NCBI GenBank assembly: GCA_964394085.1
Contig: CAYMWF010000014.1
Location: 27,167 to 59,166, forward strand
Direction of reading: 5' to 3'
Length of the DNA stretch: 32,000 nt
From: an uncultured Gemmatimonadota bacterium
GTDB lineage: Bacteria; GCA-2686955; CAYMWF01
Part shown: piece after piece, positions 1 to 9,415 of the stretch
Position numbering within the stretch: the stretch's first letter is position 1
Layout of the letters: each line of letters starts with the position of its first letter
Notes under the pieces: model-generated
Told to the model about the DNA's origin: nothing
Seen by the model: only the letters and a program-made list of their open reading frames with translations
Databases searched by the model: none
Program-made: the position numbers and the translations under genes

Positions 1-239
1 ATCCGAATATCGGCGAGCTTCTTCCCGCTATGGGGTATGGCGATAAGCAGGTCCGGGACCTCCAGGAGACGATAGCCGCAACCGAATGTGATGCGGTGAT
101 AATCGGCACGCCGATCGATCTGCGCAGAATAGTAAAAATCGATAAACCGAGCCACAGGGTCAGGTATGATATTCAGGAAATCGGCTATCCCGATTTACGT
201 TATGTGATTGATGAATTCCTGTCGAAAACCGGCGTCTGA
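1..239 (+). CDS. 3' end of a CDS that begins upstream of the window; product unassigned
   Basis: The frame is open from nt 3 (PNIGELLPAMGYGDKQVRDLQ...FLSKTGV) with TGA at 237-239. It ends 11 nt before the carbamate kinase start on the same strand. Only about 79 aa are visible. The tail 'DAVIIGTPIDL' reminds me of P-loop/cyclic-2,3-DPG-synthetase-like proteins, but that is unverified recollection. Confidence 0.45.
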   Translation, partial: PNIGELLPAMGYGDKQVRDLQETIAATECDAVIIGTPIDLRRIVKIDKPSHRVRYDIQEIGYPDLRYVIDEFLSKTGV

Positions 240-250
240 ATGTAAATAAA

Positions 251-1201
251 ATGAATAAACGAGCAGTCGTAGCCGTTGGTGGAAATGCCATCACGGGCCC
301 CGATGATACCGGGGAGATCGCGGAGCAGTTTGCGAATACGCGTCGTTCCCTCGAAGGGATTGTGAAGCTTATCCGGGAAGGATGGGAACTTGTAATAACC
401 CACGGGAACGGTCCCCAGATAGGCAATGCCCTCATTAGGGTGGAGGAAGGAAGCAGGCTGGTCCCGGTGCTGCCTCTCGGAGTTCTCGTTGCCGACCTGC
501 AGGGCGGAATAGGTTACATGATAGGGCAATCCCTTCAGAACAGGCTGCACAGAGACAGAATCAGCAAATCGGTGGCTACCGTCCTTACCCAGGTGATAGT
601 CGAAAGTGACGATCCTTCCCTGAAAAATCCGACAAAGCCTATCGGCCCGTATTTCAGCGGCCGAAGAGCCGGGGAACTGGAAAGGGAGCGGGGCTGGTCG
701 ACCAAAAGGGTGGAAAAGGAGAAATACAGAAGGGTCGTTCCGTCTCCTCATCCTTCGGTCACTGTGGAGCGTGAAACGATCCGCAGCCTGCTGGACGCGG
801 GCAATATCGTGATCGCGTGCGGCGGCGGCGGTATTCCGGTATATGTTGAAGATGACGGAACCCTGGAAGGGGTGGATGCAGTAATAGACAAAGACAAAGC
901 TTCTGCTTTACTCGCTTCGGAGATAAATGCGGATCTGCTCGTTATCCTTACGGGCGTTCCGAAAGTCTTTCTCGATTTCGAAAGTCCGGATCGCTTACCT
1001 CTCGACAAGGTCAGCCTGCCTGTCATCGAACGCTATTATAATGAGGGGCACTTTCCGGAGGGGAGCATGGGACCCAAGATAGAAGCGAGTATCGATTTCC
1101 TTAAATCGCGTGGTGGCGAGGCCAGGGTCCTCATCACTTCGTTCGACCGTCTGCCCGACGGACTCGAGGGGCGAGACGGAACTCTGATTATTAACGATTA
1201 G
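251..1201 (+). CDS. arcC: carbamate kinase
   Basis: 316-aa ORF carrying amino-acid-kinase/carbamate-kinase signatures: 'AVVAVGGNAI', 'ITHGNGPQIGN', 'VIACGGGGIPV' and 'DAVIDKDKASALLA'. The length is typical for the family. Confidence 0.9.
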   Translation: MNKRAVVAVGGNAITGPDDTGEIAEQFANTRRSLEGIVKLIREGWELVITHGNGPQIGNALIRVEEGSRLVPVLPLGVLVADLQGGIGYMIGQSLQNRLHRDRISKSVATVLTQVIVESDDPSLKNPTKPIGPYFSGRRAGELERERGWSTKRVEKEKYRRVVPSPHPSVTVERETIRSLLDAGNIVIACGGGGIPVYVEDDGTLEGVDAVIDKDKASALLASEINADLLVILTGVPKVFLDFESPDRLPLDKVSLPVIERYYNEGHFPEGSMGPKIEASIDFLKSRGGEARVLITSFDRLPDGLEGRDGTLIIND

Positions 1202-1310
1202 CTTCAGGCGATTCCCGACAGCCGTTTCAGGCCCGGGATACGCCGCGCAGTATCCGACACCCACAGCGAACGATCCGGTTCGTGCAGGGAACGGATTAAA
1301 GGAGTGCAGG

Positions 1311-2444
1311 ATGAAAATCCACGAATACCAGGCGAGAGAAATATTCGCCTCGCAAGGCATCCCGGTGCCCGAAGGCGGGATTGCGATGACGGCGGAAGAA
1401 GCCGGGGAAATCGCATCGGGTATTGATGGACCGGTGGTTGTCAAGGCGCAGGTCCATGTAGGCGGTAGAGGTAAAGCGGGAGGTGTCAAACTCGCCGCGA
1501 ATCCCGGAGAAGCGCTTGAAAAAGCAGCAGGTATTCTGGGAATGGATATTAAGGGGCTGCAAGTAAAGAAAGTGCTTGTAGCGAAGGCCGTTGACATCGT
1601 TTCCGAAGCTTATGTGGGCATTATTGTCGACAGAAAAACACAGAAACCTGTTTTGATGGTGAGTCCGGCGGGAGGGGTGGATATCGAGCAAGTGGCCCGC
1701 GAGACGCCTGAAAAGATATTCAAATGTGAAATAGAGCCGGCATACGGGTTACTGCCCAGCCAGGCTAAACACCTTGCTTTCAAACTTTTCGATGATAAGA
1801 AAAAAGCCTTTCAGACTGCTGACATAATCTCCAAGATGTATGAGGCCTTCATCAAGATCGACGGTTCGCTGGCGGAAATCAACCCTCTCATTGAAGATAC
1901 AGACGGAATAATCTGGGCAATCGATGCGAAAATCAATATCGATGACAGCGGGCTTGTCCGGCATCCGGATATCGAAAGACTGAGGGATATCGACGAAGAG
2001 ATCGGCTCGGAGGTCGAAGCGAGGAACGCCGGGCTGTCCTACGTCAAGCTGGATGGTAATGTAGGATGCATTGTGAACGGTGCCGGTCTGGCGATGGCGA
2101 CAATGGATCTGATAAAACTTCGCGGCGGAGAACCTGCGAACTTCCTTGATATCGGCGGCAGTTCGAATCCCGAGAAGGTTTTGAATGCGATGCGTATTAT
2201 CCTGAAGGATCCCAACGTGAAAGTCATCCTGTTCAATATTTTCGGAGGAATCACCCGTTGCGACGACGTGGCGCGGGGAATCGGGCAGGCTCTGGAAGAG
2301 ATCGATTGCGGCGTGCCGATTGTGATCAGGCTTGCCGGCACGAATAGTGAGGAAGCTGCAGAAATTCTGAAGACAATGAATCTAGAGTCGGCCGACACGA
2401 TGGATAACGGCGTCCGCAAAGCGATCGAGCTTGCGCAGGTTTAA
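1311..2444 (+). CDS. sucC: succinyl-CoA synthetase (ADP-forming) beta subunit
   Basis: The ORF starts 'MKIHEYQAREIF'. It has the ATP-grasp motif 'VVVKAQVHVGGRGKAGGVK' and the CoA-ligase motifs 'GCIVNGAGLAMATMD' and 'NIFGGITRCD'. An AAGGAG RBS lies upstream of the ATG. Confidence 0.93.
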   Translation: MKIHEYQAREIFASQGIPVPEGGIAMTAEEAGEIASGIDGPVVVKAQVHVGGRGKAGGVKLAANPGEALEKAAGILGMDIKGLQVKKVLVAKAVDIVSEAYVGIIVDRKTQKPVLMVSPAGGVDIEQVARETPEKIFKCEIEPAYGLLPSQAKHLAFKLFDDKKKAFQTADIISKMYEAFIKIDGSLAEINPLIEDTDGIIWAIDAKINIDDSGLVRHPDIERLRDIDEEIGSEVEARNAGLSYVKLDGNVGCIVNGAGLAMATMDLIKLRGGEPANFLDIGGSSNPEKVLNAMRIILKDPNVKVILFNIFGGITRCDDVARGIGQALEEIDCGVPIVIRLAGTNSEEAAEILKTMNLESADTMDNGVRKAIELAQV

Positions 2445-2458
2445 GGGGAGGATGACAC

Positions 2459-3328
2459 GTGAGTATCTTTCTGAACAGCGATAACAAGGTCCTGATCCAG
2501 GGTGTAACCGGACGGGACGGAGCATTTCATACACAACAGATGGTAGATTATGGTACCAAGGTCGTGGCCGGCGTCACCCCGGGGAAAGCGGGCACCGAAG
2601 TACATGGTGTTCCCGTTTTCAACTCCGTAGAGGACGCTGTAAACGCGACCAATGCCGACACATCGGTAATCTATGTGCCCGCAATGTTTGCCGCTGATGC
2701 AATCATGGAAGCTGCGGCCAACGGTATCAAACTCATAATAGCCGTAACCGAAGGGATTCCGGTTCTCGATGTATCCCGCGCAGCGAAGTTCATTTCGGAG
2801 CGCGGAGCGAGGATGATCGGACCCAACTGTCCCGGTATAATCTCGCCAGGCAAATCAAAGGCAGGTATTATGCCGGGATATATCCACCGGGAGGGTCCGA
2901 TAGGGCTGGTTTCCCGGAGCGGAACGCTCACGTACGAAGTCGTGCACCTTCTGACCGAAGCAGGCCTGGGTCAATCGAGCTGCATCGGTATTGGCGGCGA
3001 TCCGATTATCGGCACTAATTTTATCGACTGCCTCGATGCCTTCGAAAAAGATCCCCAGACGAAAGGGATAGTTTTAATCGGTGAGATCGGCGGCACCGAC
3101 GAAGAGGAAGCGGCACGCTATATCGAGGAACATATAACAAAACCCGTGGTCGGTTTCATTGTCGGACGAACCGCGCCCCCGGGAAAGAGAATGGGTCATG
3201 CGGGCGCAATCATTTCCGGAAGCGCCGGAACCGCCGAAGACAAGATAAAGGCATTGGCTGCTGCAGGAGTGCCGGTAGCGGACAGCCCGTCCGGCATAAT
3301 AACCTTGATGAAGGAGCGCCTGGCCTGA
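2459..3328 (+). CDS. sucD: succinyl-CoA synthetase alpha subunit
   Basis: GTG start preceded by GGGGAGGA, 14 nt after the sucC stop. Motifs present: '[11 protein letters not shown]', 'GPNCPGII', 'SRSGTLTYE', 'GIGGDP' and the phospho-His loop 'GHAGAII'. Confidence 0.93.
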   Translation: MSIFLNSDNKVLIQGVTGRDGAFHTQQMVDYGTKVVAGVTPGKAGTEVHGVPVFNSVEDAVNATNADTSVIYVPAMFAADAIMEAAANGIKLIIAVTEGIPVLDVSRAAKFISERGARMIGPNCPGIISPGKSKAGIMPGYIHREGPIGLVSRSGTLTYEVVHLLTEAGLGQSSCIGIGGDPIIGTNFIDCLDAFEKDPQTKGIVLIGEIGGTDEEEAARYIEEHITKPVVGFIVGRTAPPGKRMGHAGAIISGSAGTAEDKIKALAAAGVPVADSPSGIITLMKERLA

Positions 3329-3340
3329 TTTTTTGAATCG

Positions 3341-3373
3341 AACCGGGGGGCATCGTACTCGAGTCTCCCGGTT
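3341..3373 (+). terminator. candidate weak intrinsic terminator after sucD
   Basis: AACCGGG (3341-3347) pairs with CCCGGTT (3367-3373) around a 19-nt loop, followed by GGTTCTTT. The stem is only 7 bp and the U-tract is poor. Confidence 0.3.
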
Positions 3374-3402
3374 GGTTCTTTACATCGGCGACGGATATCC
3401 GC

Positions 3403-4323
3403 ATGAGTGAACTGTCAGCAATATTGCCGGAGGAGATGATCTTCACGGATATAAGCGCGAAAACGAAATGGAGCGCTATTCGTGAAATCTTCGACAAGAT
3501 GTCCGAAGTCATGACTTTCGTCGACCGGGAGCCGCTTGTTCAGGCCGTCGTGGAAAGAGAGCAGATTTCCAGCACATCGGTGGTGAAAGGCGTCGCTTTC
3601 CCCCACGCCCGCACTCACCTGACCGATCAGCTTGTAATCTCCCTGGGCATTTCAAAAACCGGCATCGATTTCTTTCGTGAAGACAGGACGCCGGTTCACT
3701 TGATCTTCCTGATGTTGACACCTGCGAGCGTCAGCAGGTTATACCTTAATACTCTGTCCGCACTGGCGGAATTTCTCAAAGCCGACGGTGCTCTGGAAAA
3801 TCTTGTTGATAAAGAAACGCCCCGGGAGGTCTGGCAGGCGATCAGGGATGCGAGAATCAGGCTCGAAACAAGTATGATCGCATCGGATATAATGAATTCC
3901 CGCTATTCAGTGGCGCAGCCTGATATGTCTCTGCAGGAGGCGGCGAACATCATAGCAGAGAATAATATCTCCTGCCTTCCCGTTGTGAATGAGCGAAACG
4001 AAGTGGTCGGACTCCTTTCAGAAACCGACCTGATCCGTATTGCTTTGCCGAGGCTGAAGGAATTTACAGGTGAGCTCGAGCTGAAATCGGACAAAACCAC
4101 CATCCTGGAGAAACTGCTCGGCGGCAGTAAAAGAAATGTTGGAGATGTGATGTCTACGCAGGTCCTGTGCATATCGGCGACTGCGACCCTCCAGGAAATC
4201 GCTGCGACTATGATTTCCCGGGATATCAGGATCCTTCCGGTGGTTGAAAAAGGAACCCTCGTCGGGATAGTCGGGAGCGCGGATATCCTCCGGAACATCA
4301 TCCGTCGTGTCGGGCGCGTTTAG
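3403..4323 (+). CDS. PTS EIIA type-2 (PtsN/EIIA-Ntr-like) domain fused to a CBS-domain pair
   Basis: The N-terminal ~150 aa follow the PTS_EIIA_2 pattern, including the 'GVAFPHARTH' phospho-histidine motif and 'VHLIFLMLTP'. The C-terminal half has two CBS-like repeats ('...NISCLPVVNERNEVVGLLSETDLI' and '...DIRILPVVEKGTLVGIVGSADIL'). Confidence 0.8.
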   Translation: MSELSAILPEEMIFTDISAKTKWSAIREIFDKMSEVMTFVDREPLVQAVVEREQISSTSVVKGVAFPHARTHLTDQLVISLGISKTGIDFFREDRTPVHLIFLMLTPASVSRLYLNTLSALAEFLKADGALENLVDKETPREVWQAIRDARIRLETSMIASDIMNSRYSVAQPDMSLQEAANIIAENNISCLPVVNERNEVVGLLSETDLIRIALPRLKEFTGELELKSDKTTILEKLLGGSKRNVGDVMSTQVLCISATATLQEIAATMISRDIRILPVVEKGTLVGIVGSADILRNIIRRVGRV

Positions 4324-4333
4324 TATTTAAATA

Positions 4334-4807
4334 TTGACATGGAATTCGGCTGAATTTAGATTGCGGCCTTTTATGAAAAAGCTTGTCTACGATATCCGGG
4401 AGCTTCCCGAAGGCAATACAACCATAGGTCGATCGATCGATCCCGATGAGTTGGAGTTGGGAGCTTTTGAATCGGTTCGTCTCGAACCGATCGAATTGAA
4501 TGTCCGGATTCAAAAAACAGACCATGTAATATCGATCAGCGGGAAGAGCGAAGGACGATATCAATACGAATGCAGTCGTTGTCTGAAGGTCTTTCATGAG
4601 TCGTTCGAGATTCAGGTGGAACACAGCCGAAGTACCGAGGATCTTGAAACAGCGTATTCCGGGAAACTCGATATCGGAGAGATGATTCGGGAGGAAATCC
4701 TGATAGGAGTTGATGAACGGCCACTCTGCGAACCCGACTGCAAGGGTCTCTGCGCCGGGTGCGGCGCAGATATGAATGAAGAGATCTGCAAATGCAATCC
4801 TGTATAG
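4334..4807 (+). CDS. yceD: YceD/DUF177 family protein (large-subunit rRNA accumulation protein)
   Basis: It has an acidic N-terminal part and the Cys clusters 'CSRCL' and 'CEPDCKGLCAGCGADMNEEICKC'. It lies immediately upstream of rpmF, which is the canonical yceD-rpmF arrangement. The true start may be the ATG at 4373 (MKKLVYDI...). Confidence 0.8.
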   Translation: MTWNSAEFRLRPFMKKLVYDIRELPEGNTTIGRSIDPDELELGAFESVRLEPIELNVRIQKTDHVISISGKSEGRYQYECSRCLKVFHESFEIQVEHSRSTEDLETAYSGKLDIGEMIREEILIGVDERPLCEPDCKGLCAGCGADMNEEICKCNPV

Positions 4808-4955
4808 GATTGAAATATCAATAAAGAATAACCGGTCCACAGGAAGGTCAACCCGGGATGTTGTGACAATATTCACGTATCTGCAACGATTGAATCAGAC
4901 AAGAAGAAACAACGTGGATTTGACTGCAGAGGATCGGTGACAAGGGAGAATAAAC

Positions 4956-5138
4956 ATGGCAGTACCAAAACGAAAAATCTCGAAGGCGAGAGGTGCAAAA
5001 CGCAGAACCCACTGGAAAGTCAAGGCACCCGGCCTGGCCACCTGCAGCCATTGCGGCCAGCCCGTTCAGCCCCACAGGGTTTGCCCTCATTGCGGGTTTT
5101 ACAAAGGTGAAGAGATAATTCCAGAAGAGACTGATTAG
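4956..5138 (+). CDS. rpmF: 50S ribosomal protein L32
   Basis: 60-aa ORF starting 'MAVPKRKISKARGAKRRTHWK' with a CxxC...CxxC zinc ribbon ('CSHCGQ...CPHCG'). AGGGAGA RBS upstream. Confidence 0.95.
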   Translation: MAVPKRKISKARGAKRRTHWKVKAPGLATCSHCGQPVQPHRVCPHCGFYKGEEIIPEETD

Positions 5139-5209
5139 TATATTTCAAGGTGAAACAGACAGTTTCCTGAGACGTCCTTCATCCGTAACACCTTAGAGGA
5201 CAATGCTAT

Positions 5210-6148
5210 ATGGGTAATAGATCGGTATGGTTGTTTCCGGGGCAAGGCTCCCAGCATGTGGGTATGGGGCGTGAGTTATTCGACTCTTTCCGCGACGTGA
5301 AAGATCTTTACGCTGAAGCGGATGAAATTCTCGGCTTCTCGATCTCGAAACTTTCTTTCGGCGGTCCCGATGAACGGCTGGTTGAAACGAGGAACGCTCA
5401 GCCGGCGCTTTTTGTGCTCAGCACGGCCGTTGCGGGTTTGTTGACTTCCGCGGCGCCATTGCCGGAAGCTGCAGCAGGACACAGCCTCGGCGAATACTCC
5501 GCCTTCCATGCCGCAGGGGTATTTTCTTTCGAGGAAGCCTTGAGAGTCGTCAGGTTGAGAGGTGAGTTGATGTATTCCTCCGGCATCGCCCGGCCTGGAG
5601 CTATGGCTGCGGTTATCGGGCTGGACGGAAATGCGGTTGAAGAGGTATGCAGAGGTTACCGAGGGGATGGCGAAGTCACTGTAGCGAATTTCAATTCGCC
5701 GAACCAGTCGGTTATATCGGGAGACGAAACTGCGGTAGCTAATGTGGCTGACGAGATGAAACAGGCCGGTGCGCGACTTGTGAAGAAACTCCATGTCAGC
5801 GGAGCCTTCCACAGCAGTCTCATGGAACCGGCCTCGGAAGAATTATCCAGACGCCTCGATGAGGTAGAATTCGTCACGGCCCGGTTTCCGGTGGTTGCCA
5901 ATGCGAGCGCTGAATATGTCGATACCCCGCAAGGTATCGTGGATTCTCTCAAGAACCAGTTGACATCTCCGGTGCAATGGCTTCGTTCGATGGAGAATCT
6001 GGATGTTCTTGAACCCGATGTTTTTGTCGAATGCGGTTCCGGAAATGTTCTTGCGGGGCTCATGAGAAGAATCAACGGGCGGAACAGGGTCCTGACCACC
6101 AGAACACCGGCGGAGGTAGAGACTGCGATTTCGGAGATCCTGAAATGA
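5210..6148 (+). CDS. fabD: malonyl-CoA:ACP transacylase
   Basis: Motifs 'FPGQGSQHVGMG', the active-site 'GHSLGEYSA' and 'VSGAFHSSLM'. 312 aa. Confidence 0.93.
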   Translation: MGNRSVWLFPGQGSQHVGMGRELFDSFRDVKDLYAEADEILGFSISKLSFGGPDERLVETRNAQPALFVLSTAVAGLLTSAAPLPEAAAGHSLGEYSAFHAAGVFSFEEALRVVRLRGELMYSSGIARPGAMAAVIGLDGNAVEEVCRGYRGDGEVTVANFNSPNQSVISGDETAVANVADEMKQAGARLVKKLHVSGAFHSSLMEPASEELSRRLDEVEFVTARFPVVANASAEYVDTPQGIVDSLKNQLTSPVQWLRSMENLDVLEPDVFVECGSGNVLAGLMRRINGRNRVLTTRTPAEVETAISEILK

Positions 6149-6900
6149 GACCGTCATACCGGCTGGATAATAAAACAGCATTCATCACGGGAGCATCGGG
6201 TGGCATCGGCAGAGCTGCAGCTCTGAAATTCGCTGAGGCCGGAGCGCGATTGCATCTCGCCGATCTCGATTTGGACGGTTTGAGTGAAACGGAAGAGCTG
6301 GTCAAACAGTCCGCTGCAGCATGCTTCAGTCATGAACTCGACGTCGGCGACAGCGTGAGCGTAAAAAAAGTAACTGAGACGATTCTCAAGCTGAGTGATT
6401 CCATCGATATTCTCGTGAATATTGCCGGCATCACCAGAGACAACCTGCTTATCCGTATGAAAGATACCGAGTGGGACGATGTGCTTCGCGTTAATTTGAC
6501 GGGTGCTTTCTATTGTACCCGCTCCGTTTTGCAGATCATGATGAAAAGACGTTCGGGGAGTATAATCAACGTTGCATCGGTTACCGGGATAACGGGAAAT
6601 ATCGGACAGGCCAACTATTCCTCTTCGAAAGCGGGACTGGTCGCTCTGACAAAAACCGCGGCACGGGAGGGCGCTCTGCGAGGAATCCGCGTGAACGGAG
6701 TGGCTCCCGGATTTATTGAAACAGCCATGACCGGTAAACTTTCTGAAAAAGCGCGTGAACGTGTTATTCAGATGATTCCTCTCGGTTCTCCGGGTATACC
6801 CGATGATGTCGCTGAAGCAATACTGTTTTTAGCATCCGATGCCGCCGGATATATAACCGGTCAGACTTTGCTGGTTGACGGCGGCCTGATGATGAGATAA
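6145..6900 (+). CDS. fabG: 3-oxoacyl-ACP reductase (SDR)
   Basis: The ATG at 6145 overlaps the fabD TGA (ATGA). Motifs: 'TGASGGIGRA' NAD(P)-binding, 'NIAGI' and the catalytic 'YSSSKAG' (YxxxK). The 5' extension of this ORF to 6031 in the track lies inside fabD and was discarded. Confidence 0.9.
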   Translation: MRPSYRLDNKTAFITGASGGIGRAAALKFAEAGARLHLADLDLDGLSETEELVKQSAAACFSHELDVGDSVSVKKVTETILKLSDSIDILVNIAGITRDNLLIRMKDTEWDDVLRVNLTGAFYCTRSVLQIMMKRRSGSIINVASVTGITGNIGQANYSSSKAGLVALTKTAAREGALRGIRVNGVAPGFIETAMTGKLSEKARERVIQMIPLGSPGIPDDVAEAILFLASDAAGYITGQTLLVDGGLMMR

Positions 6901-6956
6901 TTAATCGGAGCATTTTCACGAGGTAGAAATTTATAGCTCATCGAAAGGAGCAATCC

Positions 6957-7199
6957 ATGACGCTGGAAGAAAAAGTAAAGGAAATCATCGCTGAGCAGTT
7001 GAGTATCGAAGTATCACAGATTAAGGCTGAATCCTCGTTTATCGAAGACCTCGGAGCGGATTCCTTAGCCACGGTCGAGCTCATTCTCGCTCTCGAAGAT
7101 GCTTTCGATATCGAAGTGCCGGAAGAAGAGGCCGAAAAGCTGCTTACTGTTCAGAATGCAATCGACTATATTAAAGGCACCGTAGACTGGGAAGGATAG
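6957..7199 (+). CDS. acpP: acyl carrier protein
   Basis: 80-aa acidic protein with the phosphopantetheine-attachment motif '[13 protein letters not shown]'. AAGGAG RBS upstream. Confidence 0.95.
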   Translation: MTLEEKVKEIIAEQLSIEVSQIKAESSFIEDLGADSLATVELILALEDAFDIEVPEEEAEKLLTVQNAIDYIKGTVDWEG

Positions 7200-7338
7200 A
7201 CCTCCTTAAGCCGGCCGGTGATCAGGTCAGTTTGATGAATTTCGTTTTGGAGGGTGTGTTGCGCTTTTACGCTATATTGTCGATACGTGCGATATGTCGT
7301 TATCGGATTCTTTCCGGCAGGGGAAAGGGGGGAACGGT

Positions 7339-8577
7339 ATGCGGAAAATCGTAGTCACCGGTATGGGTGCCGTGACCCCTATCGGGAACAGTGTGAATGC
7401 CTTCTGGGATTCACTGGTTGAAGGCAGATCCGGCATCGGCCCCATTACTTTGCTTGATACGAGCGACCTTCCCGCCCACATCGGGGGTGAGGTCAAGGAG
7501 CTTGATTTCAACAGTCATCTTTTGACACGCGAGGAAAAGATTTCCGACCGGTACACAAAATTCGCACTTATCGCAAGCCAGGAGGCGGTTACACAAGCCG
7601 GTTTGACTGTCGATGAGAGCAACGCCGATAGAATCGGTGTCCTTATCGGGACCGGTATCGGCGGGATGAAGACTATCGAGACGAACATCGAGAGGACTCT
7701 GAAGCGGGGCCCTCGAAAAATGTCCCCTTATGCAATCCCGATGAGCATTCCGGATATGGCATCCGGACTTGTTGCAATCAGGCTGGGCGCCCTCGGACCG
7801 AATTTCAGCATCGCTTCCGCCTGTGCTACCGGCGCCCACGCGATCGGTACATCCATGAGGATCATTCAGTACGGAGATGCTGATGTAATGATTACCGGGG
7901 GAACCGAGGCATCGATAACAGATTTCGCCGTTGCCTGTTTCGGAAACATGAAAGCGCTCAGCAGCCGTGAGGAACCTCCTGAAGAAGCAAGCTGTCCTTT
8001 CGACAAAAGAAGGGACGGGTTCGTTATAGCCGAAGGTGCGGGCGTTTTGGTGCTTGAATCGGAGGAATCCGCCTTGGCGAGAGGGGCCGATATCCTTGCC
8101 GAGCTGTCCGGATACGGTGCATCGGCTGATGCCTATCACATAACGGCGCCGGATGTCACCGGGCGCGGCGCTAAACTGGGAATGAGAATGGCCGTCAAGG
8201 ACGCCGGGATATCAGGGAATGAAATCGATTATATCAATGCGCACGGAACCTCCACTCCTTTGAATGATCCGATGGAGACCCGCGCAATCAAGGATGTCTT
8301 CGGGCAGGAAAAGGCCGCTGAACTGAAGATAAGCTCGAGCAAATCGATGATCGGTCATCTGCTCGGCGCAGCCCCTGCGGTAGAAGCAATAGCATCCATA
8401 ATGACCATCCGCAGCGGAGTTGTTCATCCGACGATCAATTACCGGGAGCCTGATCCGGACTGTGATCTCGATTACACGCCGAATGAGCCAGTTGAAAAAA
8501 AGGTTGGTGCGGTCCTGTCCAATTCTTTCGGGTTCGGCGGTCATAACGGATGTCTTATATTCAGGAATTATGATTGA
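7339..8577 (+). CDS. fabF: 3-oxoacyl-ACP synthase II
   Basis: Motifs: 'RKIVVTGMGAVTPIG', the active-site Cys in 'ASACATGAHAIG', 'NAHGTSTPLND', 'GHLLGAAP' and 'NSFGFGGHN'. The start is placed at the ATG at 7339 (conserved N-terminus) rather than 7294. Confidence 0.92.
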   Translation: MRKIVVTGMGAVTPIGNSVNAFWDSLVEGRSGIGPITLLDTSDLPAHIGGEVKELDFNSHLLTREEKISDRYTKFALIASQEAVTQAGLTVDESNADRIGVLIGTGIGGMKTIETNIERTLKRGPRKMSPYAIPMSIPDMASGLVAIRLGALGPNFSIASACATGAHAIGTSMRIIQYGDADVMITGGTEASITDFAVACFGNMKALSSREEPPEEASCPFDKRRDGFVIAEGAGVLVLESEESALARGADILAELSGYGASADAYHITAPDVTGRGAKLGMRMAVKDAGISGNEIDYINAHGTSTPLNDPMETRAIKDVFGQEKAAELKISSSKSMIGHLLGAAPAVEAIASIMTIRSGVVHPTINYREPDPDCDLDYTPNEPVEKKVGAVLSNSFGFGGHNGCLIFRNYD

Positions 8578-8701
8578 TACAGATTGAATTCCTGATAATT
8601 CAAAAATCCTGTCGTTAGGATGGATGCCGTAATTTTTTATGTTTTCAAAATTTTTTAAAACCAGGCAAGGGGAAGTTGAAGGTTTCCTGGGTAAAAGCAG
8701 G

Positions 8702-9415
8702 ATGGCAGCACTGAAGGAATTCCAGAAAAAAGCGGGATTGTCATTTAATAATCCCGCTCTTCTCAACCAGGCCCTTTGTCACCGTTCTTTCGTTCATACC
8801 ATTGGAAAATCGGGACTCGATTCGAACGAGAGGCTCGAATTCCTTGGGGATTCGGTCCTGGAACTGGCGGTAAATGAGCATTTATACCGCATTTATCCTG
8901 ATTACCGGGAGGGTAAACTCACGCAGATCAGATCACTGGTGGTGAGCAAAGTGTATCTCTCGAACAAAGCCAGAAGTCTCGGGCTTGGAGAGTACCTCCT
9001 GCTCAGCAGGGAAGAAGTGCTGTCCGGAGGTCGAAACAGGCATTCCATCCTCGGAGATACATACGAGGCCCTGATAGGCGCTATATATCTTGATAGAGGA
9101 TGGAAAACCGCTCAACAGTTCATCAATAAAGAGATCCTGTCATCCATAGAAGAGATAGATCCGGTCGATAATGTACTGAATACGAAGAATCTCCTGCAGG
9201 AATGGGCTCAGAAGCAAAAGGGCACCCAGCCCAGGTACAAACTTCGCTCGAAGGATGGGCCGGATCACAGTAAGCGGTTCATAGTGGATGTGTTTATATC
9301 CAGGAAAAGAATGGGGACGGGACGCGGTGGAACCAAGAAAGAAGCAGAGCTTGCATCCGCAAGGAGTGCACTTGAAAAGATCAATAAAAAGTATCCAGAT
9401 AGGAGGAATTCATGA
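8702..9415 (+). CDS. rnc: ribonuclease III
   Basis: Contains the RNase III signature 'ERLEFLGDSVLE' and 'GDTYEALIGAIYLD', plus a C-terminal dsRNA-binding domain ('PRYKL...GPDHSKRFIV...GGTKKEAELASA'). The N-terminus 'MAALKEFQKKAGLSFNNPALLNQALCHRS' fits the family better than the alternative ATG at 8639. Confidence 0.9.
   Translation: MAALKEFQKKAGLSFNNPALLNQALCHRSFVHTIGKSGLDSNERLEFLGDSVLELAVNEHLYRIYPDYREGKLTQIRSLVVSKVYLSNKARSLGLGEYLLLSREEVLSGGRNRHSILGDTYEALIGAIYLDRGWKTAQQFINKEILSSIEEIDPVDNVLNTKNLLQEWAQKQKGTQPRYKLRSKDGPDHSKRFIVDVFISRKRMGTGRGGTKKEAELASARSALEKINKKYPDRRNS

Noticed and set aside
995-1691. Minus-strand ORFs 995..1597 (200 aa) and 1296..1691 (131 aa)
   Set aside because: They are antisense to arcC and sucC, both of which have strong family signatures. 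No motifs were recognised, and the composition is typical of shadow ORFs.
6031-6144. 5' extension of the fabG ORF (the track lists 6031..6900, 289 aa)
   Set aside because: The extension lies entirely inside fabD in another frame and has no SDR similarity. The conserved N-terminus begins at the ATG at 6145, which forms an ATGA overlap with the fabD stop.
7411-8139. 242-aa minus-strand ORF inside fabF. The same reasoning applies to 4298..4876 inside yceD, 5276..5812 and 5656..6099 inside fabD, and 8212..8766.
   Set aside because: These are shadow ORFs opposite well-supported genes, with no recognisable domains.
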